From: Eledone cirrhosa
Taxonomy: Eukaryota
NCBI GenBank assembly: GCA_964016885.1
Contig: OZ024742.1
Coordinates: forward strand, 124,496,001-124,560,000
Length of the DNA stretch: 64,000 nucleotides
Direction of reading: 5' to 3'
The notes below the pieces were generated by a model. That model saw only the letters and a list, made by a program, of their open reading frames with translations, was not told the origin of the DNA and did not search any database. Each line of letters opens with the position of its first letter. Within the stretch, counting starts at the first letter, position 1. A program made the position numbers and the translations under genes. This document shows, piece by piece, positions 39,989 through 54,544 of the stretch.

Positions 39989-41848
39989 ATATATGTATAT
40001 ATATATATATACATATGCATATGCATGTGTTTGTGTGCGTGTGCGTGTGTGTATGTGTATGAGTGAGTGTACGTATCTATGGGTATATGTACATATATAT
40101 TTGTATATACAGACACACACAGACACATATATATAATTAAGACTGGGAGAAACATGCATATATAATATATGTCTAAATATTTGTTGAGTGTGTTACAATG
40201 TACTCTTAGATATATTAATTCATATGTAAGAAGCATTCGTTCATAATCAACAGATTCGATTAATTATTTAAGCATAGATGCATTCAGCAATTTCATTTTA
40301 ATATTGAAAGGGGAACGTATAATTAAGTACATACTCTATACACTTATATCTTGCAGAATGTATCAAACATTTGATATTATTGTCCATTAATTTTCGAGGA
40401 AAATGTAACTGAAATAGTTCTTGTAGCATTGCGGCAATAAAAGAGAACTCATCAAAATTCCTCCAGATGATAATAAGTTATCAGAATTTCAAGTTGCAAT
40501 ATGAGGTTTTAAATATTTAAAAATGAATAACACTTGAATTGTTAACATAATCATTCAGTCTTATGTAACTGAAGATTTAATCTATTTAAAGATACTACCC
40601 AATACGAATTCAATTTATAGTATAGTCAGTGAAAAGTGACGACTACAGCAAAGTGCGATTTGACAGCAAAATTATTTTGAAAATGTTTGAATTTCAGTAA
40701 CATATAAGTTTCATGTTTTATTACATTTTCGTGTTGTATACAATATTTGATATTAAATGTCAATGATTTATGAAAAAGTTACATATTCTGTGTAAGTTAA
40801 ACTCATTAATTCCAGCCATGAGTTATCTGTTGTCGTGAATGTATTGAGGCGTCAACTGACCAATAGAAGGCGACATTCGCTACTTCTTTAAAACAAATTC
40901 GTTATCTTTATTTGAAACCATTCTATAGATATCATCTATATCCAGAAAACTTATAAATGTAGCAATGCTGAAGAAAAGGATTGTACCACAGGTTTAGAAT
41001 TTCAAGAAAAAAACATATAAACGAATAAAATAGAGAACGAATGAAATATATTCCTTTAATACAGCCAGTAGAAATTATTTACAGATTGCAAACTTTTATA
41101 TCTATAATAATTTGGTGCAAATCAATGGAAATGTTTCTTTCTATAATGGCTGCTATTCTTTCTTTTTATATTACATAATATATATGATTAACTTTAACTG
41201 TATTTTGACAGACTCACTGGAAGCGAACCGGACGGAACTGCTTCGCTGCATTGATGCAGCAACATTGCATTCTGCTTTCTTTAACATAACGTTCAAAAAT
41301 ATTTAATCACCTATACATCTGAACCAACCATGTGGAACGGAAGTCTTCAGCTTGAAATCATTGAATGATCAATGGTTGTTTTCTAACCTCATTTTAATAT
41401 GTATTTTTGGTCTTGTTTTTCAACGTTTTCTATATATGACTTGATATTTGGTCATTGATTCTGCAAAGATGGAGACGAACCAATGGCTCTTAACATCCGA
41501 AGGTGATAATAAAAAAAATAAAGATTATATTTGTTGATCTCTTTTTGAGAAATGTTGTCAGTTGTGAGTAGAACAGATATTTGACTTATCAGATATAGAA
41601 GAACCAATGATCTATCCTAGGAAAGGGTTAACAATACTTTCCGAAAATAATTTTATGGTTACAAATATAATGCATTTCATATATATGTTCTATGTGAATT
41701 CAAATATTACGATTAATATTTTCCATGCGCTCTGTGTAGACTGAGCGATATACTGACTTAAATTCAAACGAGGTTCTATGTTGAAGATGATTTGGGGGTG
41801 GAATAAAATATTACGTACATTGTTGGTGAAACTTGTAATAAGGTGTAT

Positions 41849-42130
41849 GTGGAGGCGAACTGCCTAACGATAAGTATGTTGGACTTACGATCATAATGTC
41901 GTGTGTTCGCTGCCTGGATTGGGTTATCTGCTGTGTTCTTTAGCAAAAACACTTCCTTTCATGTTGCTCCAATATACTCAGCAGAAAATGAATACCAGCA
42001 GTAGCCGTGGGTTTAAACTCATGATGGACTGCCGTCTTGTTCTGGCAAGAGTCTTCTACTACGAGTCGCTTGAGGCCACGATGAGCATGGGCCTGAAGCG
42101 CCTCCCGGCTTGAGACAGACTTTAGACTTT
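41849..42130 (+). mobile_element. Degenerate tRNA-SINE (family B-like)
   Basis: tRNA-like head, TGTGTTCTTTAGCAAAAACACTT central domain, AGACTTT tail repeats. Confidence 0.6.
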
Positions 42131-44624
42131 GTAGAGTGCTTTGAGAATTTTTTTTGTAATCCTCTATAATTTAGATTGAACGTGATATTCCAAAATATAG
42201 ACCAGAGAACAAGAAAACAAAAGAAAATGGCAAACTTTGAAGTGCTTTGATATTCTCTGTAACCCCTTTTAGTTGCTAAAAATAACTTAAATCAGTAGAC
42301 CAATTTGTTTTAGATATTTCAATGATGAATTATCTATAGCATATCAGAAATCAACTGCTTCATCTGTGCAGCTTGAGTCTCTTGCATGGGTTTTGCATAG
42401 CATCTTGAGATTAAAGGAAACTGCTGTGTATTGACTTCTCATCTTACATATGTGAAACAATAGTCATTCAGAAGCATCATGTAATGAATATTGATCACAT
42501 TTATTAAATATTAAAAAATACATATTTTGAATATCAAATACTCCTCAGAAACTCTCCACATAAATTTGCTGAAAGACAACTTATAGAATAAATAGAAACA
42601 TTCTCTCTTATATACACGGATGCTATGTTACCACTTCACGGACTTTATTTAAGGAGTGTTTAAGATCACCTTTGAAAGCTTTTGAAATAATTGAGCTCAA
42701 CAAGCAGACATGATTGTCATAGCTGCTAAATAACAAAATGAAAAGAAAACCTACTCAAGAAGACTTGTCTTGGGGTTAAATATAAAAACAATAGCCATAC
42801 ACTAAATGATTAGAAAAATCACTTCAACAGTTGTATCAACAATAAATGATGGATGAATTATTCGTACATTTCCACTTGATACCTTGCTGCGTATATTAAT
42901 AAAAGAAAATTGAATATATGAATAAAATATATTTAATTAAATAATTGGAATAGAAAAAATAATAAATACTTTGAATAATTGAAATAAATAATAATAATTG
43001 AACTAGGCAATCTTTAGGGAAATCAAATTAACCGGAAGTATCATCACAAGTTCAAGGGTGGTCACAAATAGTGCGTAATAAGAATTATTTGTCTGTTAAC
43101 CGTGTTTTGTTTCAATGCTATATTGTAATGCATGAATATAATTTAGATTCTTACGCAAAATTCTGTATGCCTCAACAATGGCAAATATATTATCTTCCTT
43201 GACACAATAAAATACAGGCCAAATAAGTTTGATTCAAACGTATTGGAACTTACTCAGCGACTTAACACTTTGTTTAACTGCAAACAGAGATAGTGCTTAA
43301 ACAGGCACAAAAATAAGGGTTTACTAAATGGGATAATCCAATGAGTGTATATAGTGCATTCTTGGTAGCTAGGCAGATACATAACATATAGTAGGTTAAT
43401 AGTGTTTTCTTTTAATGCGTATATTTATTTAGTGAGTATATCTATTGATTTTTAGACACAAATATATGCAGTATATGAAATATTGTACGTGGTTGATATT
43501 TCCTTGTATATGTGGCCTGCCGGTGGAACGCAACACGCAACAATGACTTAGCAGTGGCTTTATCTAGGAAGTTAAAGAGCTCTAAAAAGTATGACTCCAA
43601 CATATCTCTGCTATGTTCTTAACAACAGCTCGATAAATTCGTGTCTTTCCTCAACTCGTTTTATCCCGACATACGTTATCCCTATACGTTATATTACACA
43701 TCCTCACTCCTCATTCCAGTAATATCGAAACTATTATGCAATTCTGTCAATTACGCCAGTGACTTGCGTCATCGAATTGAATTCCAATTCGAATTCTGAA
43801 AGAATAGAATCAGCTGTTCAATCCTGGGCTCTATTGATCGGTTGATATCTAGGCCAGCAAAGCCACCACCCTTCTAGCTACAACATATCACCCGTACACC
43901 AGATAAGATTTTCTTTAACATTCAAACACATCACCCTCCCATTTATATTCACACCCTTCTGAAATATCGATTTCTGAAATGATCCGAAAACGCGAATCAC
44001 GGCCCGACAGCTGAGTACTTGCTGTTTAAACAGCAAATCCAGACACTGGAATTAGCTGTCGAAACGAAAGAGTTTTATTTTGTTCAGAGGGCGGTTGCTG
44101 ACTGGAAGTGTTTTGGCACTGTTAGTTATGGTCATGGTTTCTACTGTTGTTTGTGTTTTTGTACTTTCGAGAAGAATTTGGACCTGCATTATTACAGCAT
44201 CGAAAGATGTTACTGTGGTTTAGATTTTGGCTTGCATTCCCATTTCTGTTAGTACACCGAGTCCTGGGAAGATGGATAATATCACACTTACGCTACTGTC
44301 ATAATCTCTAGGGAATATCGGTAGATTTTAGTATTACGGGTTACACGTGTCGGTGTTTTAACGTTTGATTTAGTATCTGTTGGCGGTGATATTATTATGG
44401 GTGGTCTGCTTTGAGTTTGACTGGGAGTGTTGATATGAATAGTGCGTCTTGCCTGATTCGAGATTTCATAAAACTAAACTATTTTCAATCATTGATGCAA
44501 TGATCGCCATTTACAACAACGTTTTCCTTTGTATTCTCTTTCGTTTATATTGTTATATTATTCCAAAAATACCGAGTACTCTGGTGAGTTATGGTCCACC
44601 TGGTTCCTTACCACACTTCCGTCG

Positions 44625-44676
<52 letters not shown>

Positions 44677-45129
44677 CGTAAGATAAGAAAATTATAAAAT
44701 TATAAAAAAATTATAAAATTGACTTACTTACTAAAATATCACTTCCAACTAATTACTTTCTGGAATGGAGTAAATATATTTTCCGAAGAATATATAAAAA
44801 GCATTCCGTCGTCAGGAAAGTCTATTTTCATGAAAGTTTCCAGGCATAGCGAGGACTCTGGAAACTTATTAAAAAATAATTCAGTGGAAAGGAAATAGCG
44901 AAGCGTGGACTGAAATCCTAGCCATTGAGAAAATCACTGCCTCTACGTCTGTGGCAAATTCAAAAAGAATCAATCACGTGACATCGAGGTCAATCAGTGG
45001 AAAGCGAGTTGTTAATAAGACAGCGGCCTGCCTACTACTATAGCAGCAGACATCGCCAATATTGCTCTACAAATGAATTGGAGATAATTATAAAGAATTT
45101 ATATCTAGTAACATTTATATACATACAGA

Positions 45130-45477
<348 letters not shown>

Positions 45478-45792
45478 GATAAATCTACCAAAAGTTTACG
45501 GTAGTGTCCAATCCGTATGAAGAACTCAATGTAATCCGGATATCATGAAAGGAGAAGATGCATTCAAAAACTACTTTCGGTGAAAAATAAACGGAAAACA
45601 GAGTCAAGATACATACTTCAGAGTCAAGATACATACTTCTACATACTTTGCTCCTATTTTCATGGGGATATTCTTATTAGTTCTATATTGTATGTGTATA
45701 TATATTTATATATATATACATATATGTGTATAACTTTATAACTCCATATACAAATAGTTGAGCTCTTTTTCTTGTCCATTATCCATATCACA

Positions 45793-46510
45793 ATGGAAAA
45801 ACAATACTTGGGAACTTCTTTAAAGAATATACCATTACCTTCTAAGGATGATTTTTTACTTCTTATGATACAAAAAACCAACCAATTTATCAGAAGAATC
45901 AGACTGTGGGCCTACCACTTCGATAAAAAAACAAAATGTACTGATAGGAAATATTTGTATGATTTCACTACATATAACAATCCACCACACAACTCCTTAC
46001 TTGAAAACTTTGAGAAAGACCTTTTTAATTTAATCAAACACCTCAAATTTAAGAGGTATAAATCTGATTTTCAAAAGGAACTTGATTCTACCCTATTGGA
46101 CCTAAGAAAATCTAAAAAAATCCATGTCCACTCGGACAAAACTGGAAATCTATATCACATGGATATTGAAAATTACAATGAGTTCATATATAAAGAACTC
46201 AGGAAAAATTATAGAAAAACAAATAATGCGTCACTTACCAACATCAACAACAAAACACACAGCATAGTGAATAGACTTAATATTGAAGATAGAACTGAAC
46301 CTTTGGCATTGAAAAGACCACACTTCAACCTGAAAGATCATAAATCTAACTTTAACTCTAATCCTTCTATAAGGCTTATATGCCCTTCCAAATCTGATAT
46401 TGGAATAATTAGTAAAAAAATTTTAGATAGAGTCATCCCACAACTAAGAAAACATGTTAATTTACCACTCTGGGAAAACACATCTCAGGTAATTAACTGG
46501 TCTAATAATA
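45793..46510 (+). mobile_element. Penelope-like (Naiad-type) ORF N-terminus to start of RT, open for about 240 codons then truncated
   Basis: SLKNIPLPS..FIRRIRLWA, SDKTGNLYHM, LKDHKSNFNSNPSIRLICPSKSDIG. Confidence 0.9.
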
Positions 46511-46571
46511 TTTGTCTGAAGAAGGCATAACATATTTTTAATATGATATCCCTGAAATATATATAATGAAA
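46511..46571 (+). ncRNA. Type I hammerhead motif fused at the ORF truncation point
   Basis: TTTGT-CTGAAGA-AGG...CATAT(TTTTA)ATATG...CCT-GAAA-TATATA-TA-ATGAA; stem I relies on G-U pairs. Confidence 0.65.
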
Positions 46572-46755
46572 TAAATATGGTTTTATAAATATAGTTTCCA
46601 TTTATTTAATATCGTAAATATACTCCAAATGCTTGTTGAGTGCTTTTATATCAGTTATAAATATTTACTCGTTGTTAACCCAACAATTTAAATAAAACTT
46701 TGCATATATATGTATATATATATATGTGTGTATGTGTATATATATGTATGTATGA

Positions 46756-46843
<88 letters not shown>

Positions 46844-47269
46844 GTGTGTATGTGTATATATATGTATATATATGTATGTATGAGTATATATATATATATA
46901 TATATATTATTTTTATATTCTTTTAATTTCCCCTCATCTTTAACAGCACTTTTCAACTGAGAGAGAGCGGGGGGTGAGATATAAAGAGATAAATATATAT
47001 ATAAAAAATAAAGATAAGGCTAATAATGACAAAAATGAAAGCAAAGAAGGGGGAAGAAAGAAGAAAAGAAAAGATAGCCAAGAAAGGGAGGGAAGGATGG
47101 AAGAAAACGAAGAAATAGAAGAAATAGAAGAAGAGAAGGGGGGATATAGGTATTGGTTTTTTGGGGTAATTAAAAGGGTTTAGATACAACAAGAGGGTAT
47201 AAAGTCTAAGTATATGCAGTTTGTAAGTTGGTAGTAAGAGGTTAACGTTTCGATTTGCACTTGTAGTGC

Positions 47270-48360
47270 TCAAACTTCTCTTTGAGTCTATGGTTACATT
47301 AAATTTATCTTTCGATTTTATTGTTGTGTAACTTATTCTTCGAACCCAAGATGTGGAACAGATCAAGGTCGCATAATCGACAGCTTCTCATACCAATCCG
47401 ATATGGGGGTGCGTTCGATAATTTTGTTTCCACTTCAGGGTGTATTGATGGTTACTTTCCCTCAGTTGCCAAGTCTTGTTTGCAAGGGTAGTTACATAAC
47501 GATGGTGAGAATGTTTCATTGCGTAACGGTGTGTATACCAACGGGATTTAAATGTATTCCCAGTCGCTCCGATGTAATACCTTTTCTGGTTGTCTGATTC
47601 CACTGTGCATTGGTAAACCAGGTTAGACTGCATACATTCATTATGTAATGGACAGGTTTCAGGTAGGTGGCAGTTACAATTCTTGTCATGAGCAACTTTG
47701 GCATTATTGGTGGGCTGCGGTGTTACGTTTTGTTTGCCTATTAGCGGGCGGTGGTGTATTAGATATTCTATTGTGTTCAATGGTGATTGTATTGTTATTG
47801 TTGCAAATTTGTGTGTTGGTGTTGTTATGTATCTTTTTAGCGTTAAGCATCTTAATGTGTGCCTCTATATTTGGTGCCGCGGAGTAAGATAGTCTAATAG
47901 ATTTAGTGTTAAGGATTTTGCCCTATATATGTGAATCCGGAAAGTGCTTATTTATTATTCTAAAGAAGGTAGAAGATAGGTTAGTACTAATAGAGGTGTT
48001 AAATATGGGGTTATACCAAATATTTTTTCTACTACGCGACTTGTTTGATTTCGATGTTGTATTTCTATTTACCGTATAATTTGTAGTTCTATGCGTAAGT
48101 GCGTGTGTGCGTGTCTTTCCGGAGTTTGTGTTATGCGTGTTCGTGTGCGCTTTACGGAGGCTCTCATCTATATATTCTACTCTATCTAAGTGGCCTGCCT
48201 TGTCTAATGCGGTATTGTAGTATTCTGCATGTTCTTCGAAGATTTGTTGGTTAGGCGAGAGGCGGGAGATCCTAAGGGATATGCTGCGAGGAATGGATTT
48301 AATTATGGATAGTGGGTGGTTTGAGTTACACTTGATGTATGCTAAGTTTTCATTAATCTT
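47270..48360 (-). mobile_element. Penelope-like (Naiad-type) RT thumb plus GIY-YIG, disrupted
   Basis: YIKCNSNHPLSIIKSIP, IWYNPIFN, CNCHLPETCPLHNEC, LVYQC, YYIGATG.TFKSRW..H. Confidence 0.9.
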
Positions 48361-48518
48361 ACTCACTATTTTGAAAATTTGGACTGTGAACAACAATTCT
48401 AATTGAGTGGCTGCTATTTGCAGTATAGCAATATAAGGTTGCACTTACCAATGAAACGGTCGTAAATACCTGGATAAAATCCTTTTCTTAATGCTTACCT
48501 GTGTTTTCTCTTTTATAC

Positions 48519-48627
<109 letters not shown>

Positions 48628-49049
48628 AAATACTACAAGCGCTTGATATATTTATCATTGTTTATTCATATGTTTTACCCCTTATTTGCGTTTGTGAGTT
48701 ATGCATAAATACACACTGGTGTGATATTTCGGGGAATCATTAAAAAACCTATATATGTGGTCGACGGTAATATTGAGACGGAGTTGCCCTACATTTTAGT
48801 ATTTTACAGAAAGTTGATTTATATTTCTCAGTCTAGTCTAGAACGACGTGATTTCCTAAATGAAACTGGCAATACTAAATTGCGTGCGAGAGGTGTTAGG
48901 GAGATAACTGCGAAAGTCTGAAAGTTTCTAGTTGATAAGAAAATTAGGATGTTGTTGTAATTCAATCCTGACTTTGTAGTTATGTAAGAGGTGTTTCTAG
49001 ATGTATGGACATAGTGTGAAGAATTCATGTCACGAGTTTAGGCAATCAC

Positions 49050-49340
49050 TATTGCGTAATCTCTTTAGAATATTTATTCGTTCATCAATACATAGTCCAC
49101 ACGACGGATAGCCCCTTGCGTATGGCTTGGACTTAGTGATGGCTTTTCATTGAATGGAGTAGTCTATACTTGAGTCCTTGAGGGACCATACGTGGCTCGC
49201 GAGTTTCGCGGATGAACGTCTGTCCGGGTACCTAAATGTCGACTGGTGGTTCAGGAAGCGTTCGTTAAATCGGCCCTCCGCCATACCCACATAGGTTTGA
49301 CCTCATAGTTCTGTGTGGTTCTTCTTGGCTACAGATATAA
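49050..49340 (-). mobile_element. Old Penelope GIY-YIG relic
   Basis: Reverse translation TYVGMAEGRFNERFLNHQS. Confidence 0.55.
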
Positions 49341-49349
49341 TGGTAGGTG

Positions 49350-49485
49350 GTCTGCCTTTTTCACCAGAGGCGAGAGAACGACAGAAGTTTTACCATTACC
49401 TCAATTCCAAGAAGAGCAATGCATCACGTGGTCCTAGAATCGAACTAAAATCCTCATGATTACGAGCCAAACGCTCTAACAACAT
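49350..49485 (-). mobile_element. Degenerate tRNA-SINE
   Basis: Reverse complement GTTAGAGCGTTTGGCTCGTAATCATGAGG...GTTCGATTCTAGGACC. Confidence 0.65.
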
Positions 49486-50899
49486 CTTACCCCAATGACA
49501 AATTTGTTCACAGTACTACTACCATGCATAATTATTATGGTGTATGTGTGTTTGTGTGTGTGTGTATGTGTTTGTAGATATGTGTAAGTGATGTGTTTCC
49601 TTACTTTCTAATGTTTCAATTCTTATATATTCATATGTTTATATGACAGCTTTTACACATTTGTAAACTTGAACTAAAGAGAGATTGGATAGTTATAAGT
49701 ATCAACGGTTTAGATTTCCTATGTCCTTTCGAACGTATTTACTAATTCAGAATGCATAGAACTTTAATTCAGTTTTGGTAAGTTTCTGCCTCGGAATTCA
49801 AAACAATATACATGGCTTGCTCAATCAATTTTATTAAATAGTAACATTTAGTTTGTAATATATGCTTAGTTGCGAAGTACAATATATTTTTCCATCATTC
49901 TTTTGTTCTAACATATAATCAAACTATGGGAGTTCCCATGCTTTCAAGCAAAACAGACTTTGATGATTTTTATACGGTCACCCAGACGCCGGTCCTTCCT
50001 TCATCAAGATTTACTAAATAAGTATTGCGAATATAATAATTTTCCATGTAAGCAGTAACTTGGTTGTAAAATTATTATATTAGCAATACCTATTTAGAAA
50101 ATATTGATGGTTGCGTGCATGTTCCAATGCGAATGTGTAAACTGTAATAAACTAGCCTTGAAATCAGGATATTTCTTTAACACCTTGCCTTTTTCCAGCA
50201 CGGTCATCGGGTACATGTGCCCGTCATAAATATATAGTTTTTATTTAATTGGATTCAGTAATTGCTTTTACTTTTCGAGCAGTATTATTCTTATAATATT
50301 TAACATTCTCTCATCGCTAACGTTAAATAAGCGACCTGTTGTTATTTATAGAAATCCCTCTATGTCGCCATGTGAAGAAGAAACTAAATGAATCCATTTG
50401 GACATCAATTTAAAATATATCACATGTAGAAACATTTGGTCTCTGCATGCAGTAAACATAAAGAGCCAGTGACAAATACTGTCTTTTTAGATAAAATAAT
50501 TGATATAATCCATAAAAACGGTGCAGATGGGCTTAAAACTACATTACATATTACATAGTAGTGAAAGGTTAGTATGATATGCAACAAAACTATATCAACA
50601 CAACTGTACGATGGTTAATAACGTAGCTCAAACATAATATATTAACATTTTAAATTATGATATTGCTGGCTTGTGGATTAAAGTTATAGTGATATTGTGC
50701 TGAAGGTTCTCAATAGAAGACCTATTATTTTTTCCCGTTTTATTTCTCCATCCAGTAAGTATTCATGATATCTCTATTTACAATTCCTCTGAATTGAACG
50801 AATCATAAAATCATGCTTCCAGTCATCCGCACTAATATCTGAACAAACGTCGTCTGTGAAACCCGAATTTTCAAACTTACTAGGCGTTGAGGAAATATA

Positions 50900-51270
50900 T
50901 ACATAAGATGTAGGAAGCTCAGGTGCAAAACAATAACTGCAATTACCATCAGTTCCTATAAAATATCTTATAAAAAGAATTGGATAAAGACCTTTAGAGA
51001 CGGGAAAATGTTGCGAGCAACCGCTACGAGAGATCGAACACTTTATATCCCTGATACCAGCTAGGTGCTCTAACCATTAAGCTAAGTCATCTGGTATTGT
51101 CAGGGGTCTCTTAGCTCAAAGGTTAGAAGCATTAGACGGTACCTAGAAGATAAGGAGTTCAATTCTTCCTAGCAGCCGCTGACAATATGTTTCTGTCTGA
51201 AAGCTTTTACCTACTTTTTACAGGCTATTTTATTGCAATTATTTTCTGTGCCTACATAATCTTATAAATG
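50900..51270. repeat. Diverged palindromic element with two head-to-head tRNA-like sequences
   Basis: Minus CTTAGCTTAATGGTTAGAGCA...GTTCGATCT and plus CTTAGCTCAAAGGTTAGAAGCA...GAGTTCAATTC, with homologous flanks on both arms. Confidence 0.65.
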
Positions 51271-53721
51271 TAAAGGAATATTTGAAGTTTATAACCCCAA
51301 TGAAAAATTCTTTCTCTTACTAGTGTTCGGTGCAGTGAAAAGTACTCATCATCAGCTCCATAACATAAAGTAATGAATTAGCCATATTTGTGATAAAACG
51401 TATGTAATAACTGACAAAATAAAATATATATTAAAGATTCCAACACAGTTTGGAAATATTTCCTATTTATGTGCTAATGGCTTAGCCATAAATTAATTAT
51501 TATTTATTAAATTACAAATGCATATAGGAACATTAATAAGCCAAAATTAAAAAAAACATAATAATTGTATACAGAGAGAGAGAGAGAGAGAGAGCGGGGG
51601 GGGGGGGTTAATTAAGAAAGAATATCTGTTTTCTCTAATTAAATATTTTCCATATAACAATAAAAGTACAATACCTGTTCTCTTTTTTACTTCATCATAC
51701 TATTTTCGTTTCCGAAAATGAACAGTCATTCAGAAATGAGAGACAGTGTTCTCGAAAAGCTTGTTGAATTGTCAACTGCAGCATTATACTGCCAGTAGGA
51801 TGGCAAATCGTAGATTGAATGAACGGATCCTAATCCATGACATTATTAAATGTAGCAGCTTGGTGCCATTAGGAGTGGTTGTAGTAATGATGGTGGTGGT
51901 GGTGGTGGTGGTGGTGGTGGTAGTGGTGGAGTAAACTTAAATAAAAGTATTTCAGATTTGCTAGAATGTTTCTAGCAAATATTGCAGAGGTTAGTTCTCT
52001 GAAATACTGAAATTTCCATATAGAGAACAATTCTTGCGGTAAAAATGAGTCTGATTCAAAATGTCGGTTCATCTTTATGAGCTGGCTAGTTGTAATGACT
52101 CCTGCGTTTTTAACATGAATTCTTCTTCTTCTTCTTCTTCTTCTTCTTCTTCTTCTTCTTCTTCTTCTTGGAGGAAGTTATATCTCCATTCAGAGAAGTA
52201 GTGGCTCTACAGGGAAAGATATTCTGATCTCCCAGGAACATAATCTGTCGAGTAACGTACTCTGACAAGTAACGTTTCTTTACTCCATATACTTTTCAGA
52301 GGAAACCCATTTCGGTCATTATCCTAGATTGATTGGTAAAGGTTGACACAAATACCGAACTGAAGATAGCGAGGTTGGCTGTTACACCTACCACCCATTC
52401 TTTTTGATTATCGAATGTCAATATCACAAATGTCAAGATGTGATAAATACAATAATTATTGTTTGCATATTATGCTATTGCTTAGCCATAAGATAAATTG
52501 ACCGAATACACAATCAGAAGCAATTCACGCGTCAATACGGCCTACTGGATTCAGGCATTGTGTACCTAAGACTAAATTATTCATCAGTTTAGGACTATAT
52601 GGGTGATTTGAGGGAATTCTACAAGCGATCAGTTTAAGTGCCCACTTAGATGTGCTCTCATAGTTCATCGTCTGTGTAAACAAAATAGAGTATTATCAAA
52701 TACCAGTTATTCTTCGCATCGGTTGAAGCAATATCCTTTTGCCTGACGCGTTAAAGCATTTATAAATGTAGAGGTTGACCAAATGTACTTCCTCAAAAGA
52801 AGCGACAAATTAATGGAGTCATTAGAACGATGGATAAAATAATTTGTGGGATTAGTTCCGGATATTTGAGTTCAAATTCTGCTGAGGGCAATATTGCTTT
52901 TCATCCAAAAAAAGAACCAGTTTAGTACTGGGTCGATTCGTTCCTATATATCTTTCCCACTTCCTTTCTTACATTCTCTATCCTGGAAGAAATAGGAGAT
53001 GAGATTGACTCTGCCATGTTTTAAAATTGCTCTGGAGACTCTATATATCAATGTGGTGCCGTTAAGAACCTCTCAGGTGATACGGCTTAATACAATACAT
53101 ACAATACTTCCTCAATAGTCGGTGATATACAACATTATAATTATATGTAATTTATCGTTTATTACTACACATAGATGACAAAGAGATATTGTATTTATGC
53201 TATAACCACTTGTTTGGGAACAAGAATCTAGTTTTGAATACATAAGAATCATTAAGCAAAATATTATTCCAAGCCAAATTGCAATAGTAACGCACATTTG
53301 CAGCGGATTTCGTTTTCAGAGACATATATTGAACATTTTGAAAAATATGTAAATATATTATAATGAGTGAACACTTTTTATGCTAGAACAAAATGTAATT
53401 AAACATTAATTCATGATAGTAGACTGTGTAGAAAACAAATTTAAATAAGTTGTAAAAAGATTTGGTCGTGTTGACTGTTGGAATTATACAGCCAGCAAAA
53501 TTAATGACATGACGAATAATATTAAATTGCGAATGTCATATATGATTTTATTATCAAATAGATAACATATTTAATAAGTCATATAATAATTACATGAAAT
53601 GTAATTTGGAAGTTTGATTTAATATTTATATGACATTTCTGGTTATTGAATTTAAAATTGATTATATGCATATATACATGTTTAAATTATATGCATATAT
53701 ATTATATATATATCTATATGA

Positions 53722-53810
<89 letters not shown>

Positions 53811-53915
53811 CTCTGTTTCTCGACCGTTATATCGCGTGACTATCTCCCCCCTCCGCCTTTTGGGATTCTTTCTCACGTCGTGTAGACACGTTCTTGAGAC
53901 TAGTAAAATGAGGTA

Positions 53916-54005
53916 TCCTCTTGATAAGTAGGCAGACCTCGCAAGGACTCTATATCTTTATGATATATTGTTTTTGTTTATGCCACGAAACTACGTAGTC
54001 GAGGA
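53916..54005 (+). ncRNA. Type I hammerhead motif with U3-A8 core variant
   Basis: TCCTC-TTGATAA-GTaGGCA...TGCCAC-GAAAC-TACGTA-GTC-GAGGA; palindrome ACTACGTAGT in stem III. Confidence 0.8.
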
Positions 54006-54071
54006 ATTTAGAAGCAGTTTGGGTATGATACATTTTATTACTAATTATATCTAAATGTTTCTTCTCTCTTC

Positions 54072-54112
<41 letters not shown>

Positions 54113-54544
54113 AAAAGAAAAAGAATGACTTCACTTATTGTTCTAAACAATTTAATTTTATAATATTATAATTTTACAATTTGGTTTTGTAGATCTAGTA
54201 AGTTCTTTGTTAACTTCGGTGGGGAGATTTTTTAAAGATTCCTGGTTAACTTTCCTAGAGAACTTTTTCGCCTTCGTCAGTGGAGAATGTCAAACTATTC
54301 TCAGGTAGTGTCGTGTGACTCTATATATAAGAGATGTGGGTGTGTCATTTTGTTAATGAGGGTGGGAGTGAAGGTGGTTTTATGAGAATTTAACGGAATT
54401 AAAGCATATATATATACACACAAGAGATGAAAGAAATTAGTGAGCGGAAAAGGAAGATAATTGATTGAGAGTGGAGTTGGGAGGTGTTGGGGTGTCTGAG
54501 GTGTGTTTTAGAAAGGACATGTGAAAGAGCTCTCCTGCTAGTTC

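Noticed and set aside
54238-54283. HHR-like CTGACGA...GAAAGTTAACCA on minus; similar remnants at 24686-24757, 26560-26590, 44770-44820 and 45485-45550
   Set aside because: Cleavage triplet, GAAA or stems are broken; probable relics but not supportable as features
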